A stretch of 64,000 bases of DNA from Dehalococcoidia bacterium (lineage in GTDB: Bacteria; Chloroflexota; Dehalococcoidia; Lucifugimonadales; VXLM01), in assembly GCA_965242665.1 (NCBI GenBank), contig OZ251484.1, positions 1,470,249 through 1,534,248 of the forward strand, in the 5' to 3' direction. The number at the start of each line of letters is the position of its first letter. Position 1 is the stretch's first letter. Shown piece by piece: positions 36,435 through 44,981 of the stretch. Made by a program: the position numbers and the translations under genes. The notes under the pieces were generated by a model that saw only the letters and a list, made by a program, of their open reading frames with translations, was not told the origin of the DNA and searched no databases.

Positions 36435-37358
36435 ATGACAGGCCTACACTTCCAAGGAGTCATCGCACCAATAGTCACGCCTCTAACCCCAGACGAGCGC
36501 GTCGACGCATCATCCCTGCGCCGCCTGGTCAACTACCTGATCGATTCAGGCGTGCACGGAATATGGGCCGCGGGGACGAACGGCGAATTCGCCGCACTCC
36601 GAGACGACCAACGCCTCCTCGCCATCGAAACCATAGCCGAAGAAGCCGACAGACGCGTCCCCGTCATCGGCAACGTCTCCGCCCCAGGCACGGCCGCAGC
36701 CATCGACCTCGCCCGCTCCCTGGCCGGATCCAAACTCGACGGCATCGCAGCCACTCCCCCCTACTACTACCACTACGACCAAGCAGAACTCTCCAACCAC
36801 TTTCGCGCAATCAACGCCGCATCCGAACACCCCCTCTGGATATACAATTTCCCGGCCATGACCAAACTCACCGTGGAGCCCCCAACGATCGCCGACCTGG
36901 CAGCCGACGGCGCTGTCGTCGGCGTGAAAGACTCGTCCGGCGCAGGAGAAGCCCTGGCCGAACTCGTCACCATCTGCGACCGGCGCTGCATCGACCTCTA
37001 CCGCTTCCTCGGCTCAGTCTACCGCGCCCCCGCCGCCAAGCGAGTCGGAGCCCACGGCGTAATACCAGGTATCGGAAACCTCGCCGCAACCTCCATCTCC
37101 AGCGCATGGGAAGCAGGAGAAGCAGGCGACAGCGCGAAAGCGGCCAAACACCTCGACGCAGCCATCGAAGCCCAACGAGTCACCCGCCTCGCACAATCCG
37201 GCGGAAGAAACGCCGCCGCCGCTTCCGGAATCAAGGCCAGCCTCAAGATCATGGGCATCATCGAACACGACACGGTAACGTCCCCAATGCGCTCCCTCAC
37301 CAAAGAAGAGAAAGCGTTGATACCCCCCATCCTTCGACGCGCAGGACTGATGAACTAA
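36435..37358 (+). CDS. DapA/NAL-family aldolase (paralog 3)
   Basis: MTGLHFQGVIAPIVTPLTPDERVD...GTNGEFAAL...YNFPAMT... A TATAAT -10 element lies at 36381-36386. Confidence 0.75.
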   Translation: MTGLHFQGVIAPIVTPLTPDERVDASSLRRLVNYLIDSGVHGIWAAGTNGEFAALRDDQRLLAIETIAEEADRRVPVIGNVSAPGTAAAIDLARSLAGSKLDGIAATPPYYYHYDQAELSNHFRAINAASEHPLWIYNFPAMTKLTVEPPTIADLAADGAVVGVKDSSGAGEALAELVTICDRRCIDLYRFLGSVYRAPAAKRVGAHGVIPGIGNLAATSISSAWEAGEAGDSAKAAKHLDAAIEAQRVTRLAQSGGRNAAAASGIKASLKIMGIIEHDTVTSPMRSLTKEEKALIPPILRRAGLMN

Positions 37359-37406
37359 CCCCAAAAACGACTCTGCCCCCAAACTTGCCGTCGACGGCTC
37401 CAGAAG

Positions 37407-37415
37407 TGGTATAAT
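37407..37415 (+). promoter_or_regulatory. Extended -10 promoter element TGGTATAAT upstream of rpsU
   Basis: tggtataat lies ~50 nt upstream of the TTG start. A possible -35 element ttgccg lies at 37385-37390. Confidence 0.45.
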
Positions 37416-37467
37416 GGAACTCGACGCGGCCTACCAACCGCACGATTCGCATTGGAGAAGAAAGAAT

Positions 37468-37656
37468 TTGGCACATGTAACACTCCGTGACGGAGAAGAC
37501 GGCGATCAGCTTCTGAAACGCTTCCAAACCCAGATGCAGCGGTCCGGAATCCTCCGTGAACTGCGGAACAGAAAGTTCTTCAGATCGAGAGGAGAACAAA
37601 AACGCCTCGACAAGGCACGGAGCCTCCGGAGAATTCGCAGACGACGCAGCCGGTAG
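37468..37656 (+). CDS. rpsU: 30S ribosomal protein S21
   Basis: A 62-aa basic protein (AHVTLRDGEDGDQLLKRFQTQMQRSGILRELRNRKFFRS..KRL.KAR). It has a TTG start with a GGAGAAG ribosome-binding site. Confidence 0.85.
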   Translation: MAHVTLRDGEDGDQLLKRFQTQMQRSGILRELRNRKFFRSRGEQKRLDKARSLRRIRRRRSR

Positions 37657-37813
37657 ACCGACAGCGTCCGGCGCTCCCACGCGCACCGAATTCCGCACGC
37701 GCCAACGTCGTCACTGCTACCATGCAGAGCGTTCCGAACGTGTAGCCGCGGTCAGGCAACGAAACATCCCGCGGGATTAGCTGCATTCCCAGCGGAGAGA
37801 AAGGGGATTTGAA

Positions 37814-39454
37814 GTGGCCAGACGCCGGCTAACCGCACTCTGCGCTTGCGCGCTGGCAGGCGCACTAAGCGCCGCCTGTTGGTCCGCCCCTGCATCACCC
37901 GACCCGGCCCCCAATACCCCAGCTCACCGAACCGCAGAACCCGCCGCTGCCGTCCTCACGCCCCCGCGCCCAACGAACACGCCCAACCCCCTTCCCCCCA
38001 CCGCAACCCCCATCGTGATCTACGTCGGCCCCTCCGTGGCCACCATGGTCGTCCTCCTGTCCGATACTCCCACCCCAACCCTCACCCCAACACCCACCCA
38101 AACCCCAACCCGCACTCCGTCCCCCACACGGACGCCCGCACCGACGCACACGCCAACACCCATCATCCCCACACCCACGCCTACCCCCACTCCGACTACT
38201 GCTCCGAGCGCCTCCACGGTCGATACCCCAACCTCGCAACTCCCATCGACCGACACGACGCCTACGCCCATTCCCACGCAGACACCCACTCCAGAACCCA
38301 CCCCAACACCTTCACCGTCCCCCACACAGACGCCCACACCAGAACCTACCCCAACACCTTCACCGTCCCCCACGCAGACACCCACCGCCACACCGTCTCC
38401 CGTCATAGTCCACAGTCCAACGGCAACCCCAACACCATCGCCGTCCCCAACCCCCACTCCCACCCCCGCCACTCCGCAGCCAACCCCTGACGGATCCGAC
38501 GACCCCAGCTTGACCCCCGCAGAAATCTTCTCCATCGTCAGACCATCCATCGTCCACATAGCAGTCGCCAAGGAACCGGAAGTCGGGCAAAACGCGGGAA
38601 CGCAGAGAAGCGACGCCGTCGGTACAGGCATCGTCTGGAACGATGAAGGCCACATCCTGACCAGCGCCCACCTCGTCGAAAACGCCCAATCCATTACCGT
38701 CACCCTCCACGACGGCAGAAGCTTCTTCGCAGAACTCAAAGGCAGCGACACCAACTCCGATACCGCCGTAATCGAACTGCCCCCCCTGAACTTCGACCTC
38801 CAACCAGCAACCCTAGGCGACTCCTCCACACTCACCGTCGGACAACCCATCTTCGCAATCGGTCACGCCCTAGCCATCCCCGGAGACCCCATCTTCACCG
38901 ACGGCATCGTAAGCAGAACCGGAGTCACCATATCCGCAAACGCCCAACTATCCCTCATCGACCTCATCCTCCATACCGCACCCATCAACGAAGGCAACAG
39001 CGGCGGACCCATCGTCGACGCAAACGCCCTCGTCGTCGGAATCAACACCGCCGTCCTCGACCAAGCACGCGGCATCGGATTCGCCATCAACGTAAACGTC
39101 GCAACAACCGTCGCACGCCAACTCATCGAATTCACCGAAGTCCGACGCGGCTCCATCGGCATAACCCCCATCGACCTATCACCGCAACTAATCGCACAAC
39201 TCGGCATTACAGGCCTCCCAGACGACCTCCAAACCGGCGTCTACGTCGTCCGCGTCCGCGAAGGCTCCCCCGCACACGACGCAGACATGCGAAGAGGCGA
39301 CGTCATCGTGCGCATCGACCAAACCCCCATCCAAAACACCCAAGACCTCTCGAACTTCCTCCTAGAACACCAACCCGGCGAACCCGTCCAAATCTTCTAC
39401 TACCGCGGATCCACCGAACGCTCCGCCTTCATCACCCTAGCAGAACAACCCTAA
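37814..39454 (+). CDS. HtrA/DegP-family trypsin-like serine protease with a C-terminal PDZ domain and a ~170-aa Pro/Thr-rich N-terminal linker
   Basis: A signal/lipobox-like N-terminus is present. The catalytic triad context is HILTSAH…DTAVIEL…GNSGGPIV. The PDZ region reads ...[31 protein letters not shown].... The start codon is GTG. Confidence 0.85.
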   Translation: MARRRLTALCACALAGALSAACWSAPASPDPAPNTPAHRTAEPAAAVLTPPRPTNTPNPLPPTATPIVIYVGPSVATMVVLLSDTPTPTLTPTPTQTPTRTPSPTRTPAPTHTPTPIIPTPTPTPTPTTAPSASTVDTPTSQLPSTDTTPTPIPTQTPTPEPTPTPSPSPTQTPTPEPTPTPSPSPTQTPTATPSPVIVHSPTATPTPSPSPTPTPTPATPQPTPDGSDDPSLTPAEIFSIVRPSIVHIAVAKEPEVGQNAGTQRSDAVGTGIVWNDEGHILTSAHLVENAQSITVTLHDGRSFFAELKGSDTNSDTAVIELPPLNFDLQPATLGDSSTLTVGQPIFAIGHALAIPGDPIFTDGIVSRTGVTISANAQLSLIDLILHTAPINEGNSGGPIVDANALVVGINTAVLDQARGIGFAINVNVATTVARQLIEFTEVRRGSIGITPIDLSPQLIAQLGITGLPDDLQTGVYVVRVREGSPAHDADMRRGDVIVRIDQTPIQNTQDLSNFLLEHQPGEPVQIFYYRGSTERSAFITLAEQP

Positions 39455-39790
39455 CCCCCCACGTCATTCCCGCGCAGGCGGGAATCCAACCCCCCACGTC
39501 ATTCCCGCGCAGGCGGGAACCCACCGCACCGAATTTGACACAACAGAACCCACGTACTACCATAGACCCATGACCACTCCAACAAAACCACAGCCCAAGG
39601 AGCCACCTTGCAACCCCCAATCATCAATCTGCAACCTGCAATCATCAATCGACAATCTGCAATCACAGATTCCACGCCCCCGTCATTCCCGCACCCTCCC
39701 ACGTCATTCCCGCGCAGGCGGGAATCTAGCACTCTGCAACCCCCAATCATCAATCGACAATCATCAATCATCAATTCCCCCCTCTCGCCC
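39455..39790 (+). repeat. Cluster of palindrome elements plus the secondary repeat tgcaacccccaatcatcaatcgacaatc
   Basis: Three ...gtcattcccgcgcaggcgggaa... copies are present. The 28-bp motif is repeated twice. Confidence 0.9.
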
Positions 39791-39986
39791 TCGGCAAAAA
39801 TCGACAAAATACTACAGAATACGACAAAATACTACAGAAACTCGTGCGCGCGCGTGGAACTTCCGGGCCTCAGTTCCCTCTCACAGAACAGGAATACCGG
39901 CCTTGCACACGCCAGCGCCCTCATATAGAATACCCAGACCCAAATGAGACATACCATCCGAAACTCACCACCGCGGAGAAACAACC

Positions 39987-40439
39987 ATGGACATGCTCAA
40001 AAAAGCCCTCGCCCTCATCCTCGGACTGACAGCCCTCGCAGTCCTCGCCCACTTCGTGCTCGAGCCGTTCTACGAAGACTCCATAGACACCGTCCGAGTA
40101 TGGGGTATCCTCAACGTGTTCATGGCTTTCGGCGCCGTCGTAGCCCTTGCCGCAACCTTCATCGACAAGCGAAGAATCGGATCAGGCGAAAACTCCACCA
40201 CCAAAGAATACATCGCCGTCAACACCGCCTTCTACGCCGCCGCACTCCTCGCCATCTGGTTCTTCTGGAACTGGGTATACGCAACGCCCCTATTCGCACC
40301 CGTGGCATCTGATGATATAGGCTCCGACCTATTCAACATCCATCTACTCTACTGGGCCTTCATCGACCCCCTCTACATCATCATCACCACCGTCGTCAGC
40401 ATCCACCTCTGGCACGACGAACCATCGAAACAGGAGTAG
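39987..40439 (+). CDS. Hypothetical 4-TM small membrane protein
   Basis: A GGAGAAAC ribosome-binding site is present. The 150-aa protein has four hydrophobic helices. Confidence 0.55.
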   Translation: MDMLKKALALILGLTALAVLAHFVLEPFYEDSIDTVRVWGILNVFMAFGAVVALAATFIDKRRIGSGENSTTKEYIAVNTAFYAAALLAIWFFWNWVYATPLFAPVASDDIGSDLFNIHLLYWAFIDPLYIIITTVVSIHLWHDEPSKQE

Positions 40440-40454
40440 CCAGACACGAGCGCG

Positions 40455-40735
40455 CGGCTTACCGTTCACTGTTGCGGCCCGGGCGCAATCCGGGCCGCAA
40501 CAGGTTGGATTCTCCGTCATTCCCGCCGAGTCTCGTCACTCCCGCACCCTCCCACGTCATTCCCGCACCCTCCCACGTCATTCCCGCACCCTCCCACGTC
40601 ATTCCCGCACCCTCCTACGTCATTCCCGCGTAGGCGGGAATCTCCCATTGCGCGATTGGACGCACCGCCTTGGAGAGTCGCCGTCCTCCAGCCGTCATGC
40701 CGCAAAAGGAAACGGAACCGGGCGCGGCATTGCCA
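40455..40735 (+). repeat. Composite MITE-like element (second copy): hairpin ttgcggcccgg-gcgcaat-ccgggccgcaa, the left flank, four cgtcattcccgcaccctcccac units and a palindrome, and the conserved right flank
   Basis: Its flanks match the 21190-21600 copy. Confidence 0.85.
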
Positions 40736-40796
40736 CTCTGGGCGCTGTTCGTGTATGCTATGGCATCGCAGTCATCATCGGTCGGAGGTCGTCAGT

Positions 40797-41303
40797 ATGA
40801 AATTCGCTTGGATTTTCGTCATCGCGCTCACCGCGTTCGCATCCGTGGCGTGCGATGCGATCGACAACCTAACGGCTACTGCAACTCCGAAGGCGCTGAC
40901 CTTCCCAGACGGTTGGGAAGACCTGCCCCCCAGAGAGAAGGCTGAAGCATCTTTCGACCACTACATCAATACGACGCCGGGATGCGACAAGGAGACCATA
41001 GCCCGAAAGAGATTGCAGGCTGGCGTTATGGAAGGGTATACACTGAAAGTCAGAGAACAACTGAAGTGCGTTGAAGAGTACGCCGCACTGGGAGGGGCAG
41101 AAATCATCTGCGAGTATGGGTTTATCCCAGATGAAGTCGTGCGGTATACGAACTTCGAACCGTCATACAACTGGATTTATTTCTGCGGCTTGGTGCCCCC
41201 GACGCCGACGCCCATTCCGCCCACTCCCACACCACTCCCCCCCAACTGGTCGGACGATGACATCGCCCCAGAGATACCAGTGGAAGCGCAAACCTACAAA
41301 TGA
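40797..41303 (+). CDS. Lipoprotein of unknown function
   Basis: A signal peptide with lipobox (MKFAWIFVIALTAFASVAC) is present and a GGAGG ribosome-binding site lies upstream. A Pro/Thr-rich tail is present. The ORF-track start at 40656 lies inside the repeat element. Confidence 0.6.
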   Translation: MKFAWIFVIALTAFASVACDAIDNLTATATPKALTFPDGWEDLPPREKAEASFDHYINTTPGCDKETIARKRLQAGVMEGYTLKVREQLKCVEEYAALGGAEIICEYGFIPDEVVRYTNFEPSYNWIYFCGLVPPTPTPIPPTPTPLPPNWSDDDIAPEIPVEAQTYK

Positions 41304-41402
41304 AGAGGCATCATGGTACAACCAAACGTCCCATCGGACGATGAACTGGCAGGCGACCGAGGACAGTATCTTCCCGGCTGCCGGGTATGGGATGTAGGAC
41401 GA

Positions 41403-42533
41403 TCAAGGTCCTCCGCGCCGCCGACGCCCCATAATCCTGTTGCGCTTGGCCCCTTCCGACCGGTTCTTCGCTAGTTCCGCGACTGACGGGTAGCGTCGTT
41501 TGGCGCGCTTACTCCCTGCCGACCGCTTCCCCCCAAGTGGATAAGGTTGTTTGAACGACTTGTTCCGCTCTCCGTCTTTTGTGAGCCTCCACCTGTAGGC
41601 GTCCAGGAAAAGTCCATCCACAATTCGTACAGTGTTCGGTGGACAAGGTATCTTGAAGTCCAGGTCAAGCTTGCCATCAAAAGTGAGAACCCAGCGATCC
41701 TTGTCCAAGGGGCGTCTGTCCACGATATACATCGTGTTAGGCGGATATGGCTGCTCGTACTGCTTGTCGCGTTTGCCGTTGGAGTCAAGTAGTCGGCCGG
41801 CGGCATCCAGGGAATGTCCATCCACAACCCACTTCGTGCCGCGCGGGCGCCCCCCGTACCCCTTGTGGCGCTTGCCGCTCTTGGTAAGTACATACCCAGC
41901 GGCGTCCACACGCATCCCATGTACAAACTCACGGGTTTGATTCTTGGGGGGTTGCACAGGAGGTTTTTTACCAGGTTCCCTCCCCTTGTCTACTAGATTG
42001 ACGCCTTGCCTCCATAGAACCGTTGCCCGCAGGCAATCATCAACCGCGGATTCTGCCATCAGATCGAAGGAGGTTTTCAGTTTCTTGTCCATGAACCCCT
42101 TTTCGCACGCGTCGTAGATGTACCAGTGACGACCGTTTGTCACAGCGAGATACTGCACTTCGGCTGCGAGGCAATAGCCGATACCCTGTATCGCCGCGTC
42201 TCGAAGGCGAAGGGTTTTCGATGGATTCCCAGTTTCTGGCATACCCTCTAGGGGTGTGCTTTCCACGGGGTCTGAGATCCTCTTTGCCTCTATCAGAACC
42301 GCAGGCTTCTGCTCACCGTCCTTGAAGAGGGCGTAGTCTACTTTACCGCGTCCTACCGAGTACTGGCGTCTCACCTGTGACAAGTCATCGGTAGCCCATC
42401 CCAACTCTCGAAGCAACGGGTCGATCAGAACGGAGCAGGTATTCGCCTCGTCCCACGTCCGCCCGTCGGGGTTAGCATTGATTTGCTCCCTGAGCTTCTC
42501 GATCTGTAACCACAGATTCTCCTCAACCGACAT
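41403..42533 (-). CDS. PD-(D/E)xK (HsdR-N-like) nuclease-domain protein with C-terminal ~33-aa repeats (paralog C)
   Basis: The segments ...CSVLIDPLLRELGW..., ...VDYALF... and ...AVLIEAKR... form the type I restriction enzyme R-subunit N-terminal (HSDR_N-like) PD-(D/E)xK core. A conserved promoter/leader shared with the two paralogs lies upstream. Confidence 0.6.
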   Translation of the reverse strand: MSVEENLWLQIEKLREQINANPDGRTWDEANTCSVLIDPLLRELGWATDDLSQVRRQYSVGRGKVDYALFKDGEQKPAVLIEAKRISDPVESTPLEGMPETGNPSKTLRLRDAAIQGIGYCLAAEVQYLAVTNGRHWYIYDACEKGFMDKKLKTSFDLMAESAVDDCLRATVLWRQGVNLVDKGREPGKKPPVQPPKNQTREFVHGMRVDAAGYVLTKSGKRHKGYGGRPRGTKWVVDGHSLDAAGRLLDSNGKRDKQYEQPYPPNTMYIVDRRPLDKDRWVLTFDGKLDLDFKIPCPPNTVRIVDGLFLDAYRWRLTKDGERNKSFKQPYPLGGKRSAGSKRAKRRYPSVAELAKNRSEGAKRNRIMGRRRRGGP

Positions 42534-42605
42534 TCCCGCAGACCCCCTTCTCATCTCCTGCGCATTCTACCACAGCCGCCCTCGCCGCTCCCGACTCACA
42601 CAGTC

Positions 42606-43652
42606 TTATCGCCGCGGGCGTGGTGAGGGTTCATCTGTGGTGGAAGGATATATCTTCCACGGATGAGTAGCTGGTTTGGAGTAAGGCTCAGGATAGCCAC
42701 GAGCGCGCTGATGGCGCGTGTTCTGTTTGGTGAGTATGTAGCCGTCGGCATCCAGATAGTGTCCATCCTCAATCCGCACGGCACTAGGCGGATAGGGATT
42801 AGGTCTGCGTTTGTGGATCCGTTGGTCCGGCTCGCCACTGGCTGTGAGTACGAAGCCGTCGGCGTTCAGGAAACGCCCATCCACGATTCGCTTGGTGTTC
42901 GGCGGCAAGGGGTTCTTGAATTTCCCGTCTCGTCTGCCTTTGGGTGTGATTACCCTCCCATCCTCGTTCACGGGATATCCATCCACGATTCGCTTCGTGC
43001 TCGGCGGGTACGGCTTCTTGTAGTTCTCGTCTCGTTCGCCGTCGGGGTTGAGAACGAAGCCGTCGGCGTCTAGATGATGTCCATCTACAACCCGTTTCGT
43101 GCCGGGAGGTTGTCCACGGTTCTCGTCCTTGGGCTTACTGTCTGGCTGTATCGTCCCCCTGGTTGCTGGGCCGCGCGGTTGCAACTCACGCGCCCTTAGA
43201 CAATCCACAGCTGCAGTCGGAGACTTCAGATCAAATTCTACGACCCGCTTTTCGCTGAGCGGAACCTGCTTGTGCGTATCGTAGACTTCCCACCGCTGTC
43301 CGTCCGTCACAGCGAAGTGTGATATTGCCTGTGGAGCGCAGTACTCTAGTCCTTGGGCGGCCGCACGTTGGAGGTCTTCCGATAGTTTCTTGGCTTCGAT
43401 TACCACAGCAGGCCTCTCTCGACCGTCGTTGAAGAGTGCATAATCTCCCCATCTATCACTCCTACCAGGCACCTCCAGCTTATACTCGGGTTTCACCTGG
43501 GCCCGGTCCCCGGTGTCCCAACCCATCCCCTGCAACAACGGATCGATGAGCGCGTACCTGGTTGCCCACTCGCTTTTCGCAAGTTCCTCCCCATGATCAT
43601 CGATACGCTTCTTGAGCGTCTCGATCAGTCCCTGTAGCTCCTTGACGTTCAT
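42606..43652 (-). CDS. PD-(D/E)xK (HsdR-N-like) nuclease-domain protein with four C-terminal ~33-aa repeats (paralog A)
   Basis: MNVKELQGLIETLKKRIDD...TRYALIDPLLQGMGWDT...DYALF...AVVIEAKK. The repeats read KRIVDGxxLDADGFVLTxxGxxDxxYKKPYPP. Confidence 0.6.
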   Translation of the reverse strand: MNVKELQGLIETLKKRIDDHGEELAKSEWATRYALIDPLLQGMGWDTGDRAQVKPEYKLEVPGRSDRWGDYALFNDGRERPAVVIEAKKLSEDLQRAAAQGLEYCAPQAISHFAVTDGQRWEVYDTHKQVPLSEKRVVEFDLKSPTAAVDCLRARELQPRGPATRGTIQPDSKPKDENRGQPPGTKRVVDGHHLDADGFVLNPDGERDENYKKPYPPSTKRIVDGYPVNEDGRVITPKGRRDGKFKNPLPPNTKRIVDGRFLNADGFVLTASGEPDQRIHKRRPNPYPPSAVRIEDGHYLDADGYILTKQNTRHQRARGYPEPYSKPATHPWKIYPSTTDEPSPRPRR

Positions 43653-43752
43653 TCCCGCAGAACCCCCTTGTCATCTCCCGCGCATTGTACCACGCCGCTT
43701 CCGCAACCGCTACATCCTCCTCGCTCCCGCGCACATTCTACCACAGCCGCCC

Positions 43753-44571
43753 TCAGCGACGGCGGCCCCTCGGTCTGATTTCCTTGCCGTTGGCGTCAAA
43801 GAATTTTCCGTCCACGATTCGCGCCGTGCCAGGCGGGCAGGGGTACTCGAAATTCGAGGATCGATTGCCCTTGTCTGTGAGCACCCAGCCTGCGGCGTTC
43901 AGGAACCTTCCATCTAGAATCCATCTCGTGCCGCGCGGACGGAGTTTCCTGAAGCCTTTGTTTTCCTTGCCGTTTTCTGGGGAGCGTACTTTGCCGTCAG
44001 CGTCCACGCGCCATCCATGCACAAACTCTATGTGCCAGGTGCTCCTCCACAGCTCCTTCGCTTGCATACAGTCTTTGATTGCCTTCTTGCCCTCCATCAG
44101 ATCGAAGGATCTGATCTGTCTCTCTGCAGGTCCATATCCAAGCTTTCTGTCGTAAACATACCAGCGCAAGCCATCCGTCGCCGCGAAGTATCGTACTCCG
44201 TCGGTGCTGGAATAGTTCTCAGCCTGCAAAGCCGCTGCTAGTTCTTTTTTCACATCGCGTTTCCCAGCCCCAAATAGGCTCTTGGCCTCTATCAGGAGGA
44301 CCGGCTTCGTCTCTAGGAAGAATCCACGCCCATCGAGGTCGTCCCCGAAGAGAGCGTAGTCCGCTCTACCGTCCTTGGACTTGAGCGGATACTCTGGTCG
44401 TACTTGCGCCGGGTCCTCAGTGTCCCACCCCAGCTCCCGTAGCAATGGGTTGACGAGTGCATACCGCGTCAAAGCCTCGCTCTCCTCAAGTCTGCTCCCA
44501 TGATTGAGGATGCGCGCCTTGAGCGTCTCGATCAGTTCCCGCAGAGATTCGACTTTAGCCTTCTTCAACAT
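43753..44571 (-). CDS. PD-(D/E)xK (HsdR-N-like) nuclease-domain protein with C-terminal repeats (paralog B)
   Basis: MLKKAKVESLRELIETLKARI...TRYALVNPLLRELGWDT...DYALF...VLLIEAKS. Confidence 0.6.
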   Translation of the reverse strand: MLKKAKVESLRELIETLKARILNHGSRLEESEALTRYALVNPLLRELGWDTEDPAQVRPEYPLKSKDGRADYALFGDDLDGRGFFLETKPVLLIEAKSLFGAGKRDVKKELAAALQAENYSSTDGVRYFAATDGLRWYVYDRKLGYGPAERQIRSFDLMEGKKAIKDCMQAKELWRSTWHIEFVHGWRVDADGKVRSPENGKENKGFRKLRPRGTRWILDGRFLNAAGWVLTDKGNRSSNFEYPCPPGTARIVDGKFFDANGKEIRPRGRRR

Positions 44572-44658
44572 TCCCGCAGCACCCCTCTGTATCTTGCGCG
44601 CATTGTACCACCACGCTTCCGCATCCGCTACATCCCCTTCGCCCCCGCGCGCATTCTA

Positions 44659-44850
44659 TCACGGCCGGCCTCGCCGCTCCTGATCCTCGTAATCCCCCGA
44701 CGTGGGAATGAACAGCCCGCGAAACAGGTACAATAGGAAGACGATGATCACCCCAATGCCGCCGATGGTAACGTTCAGTGTGAACACCCCAACGCAGAAC
44801 ATCGCGATTGCGAGTACGAACAACCCCACGAAGACCCAATAGCGCTTCAT
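44659..44850 (-). CDS. Small (63-aa) 2-TM membrane protein
   Basis: A GGAGGGACGGC-ATG ribosome-binding site is present. The sequence MKRYWVFVGLFVLAIAMFCVGVFTLNVTIGGIGVIIVFLLYLF... is hydrophobic. Confidence 0.45.
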   Translation of the reverse strand: MKRYWVFVGLFVLAIAMFCVGVFTLNVTIGGIGVIIVFLLYLFRGLFIPTSGDYEDQERRGRP

Positions 44851-44981
44851 GCCGTCCCTCCATGCCAAAGACATGCTGGAATCATACACCCTTGCGCGCC
44901 AAATGCGCCGCCTGCGGGGTAGCAAGCGGCCGCGAAATAGCATAGAGTAAACCCTGCAACCCCCAGGAGCGTGAAACGCCG

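Noticed and set aside
19260-40660. CRISPR array interpretation of the tandem gtcattccc arrays
   Set aside because: The repeat period is only ~22 bp (or 60 bp at 25245). The 'spacers' are near-identical to each other or absent. Units are degenerate. There are no cas genes nearby. All of this is inconsistent with CRISPR.
40656-40796. The upstream extension of the lipoprotein ORF (MDAPPWRVAVLQPSCRKRKRNRARHCH…)
   Set aside because: It lies inside the right flank of the composite repeat element. The lipoprotein has its own ribosome-binding site and a signal peptide starting at 40797.
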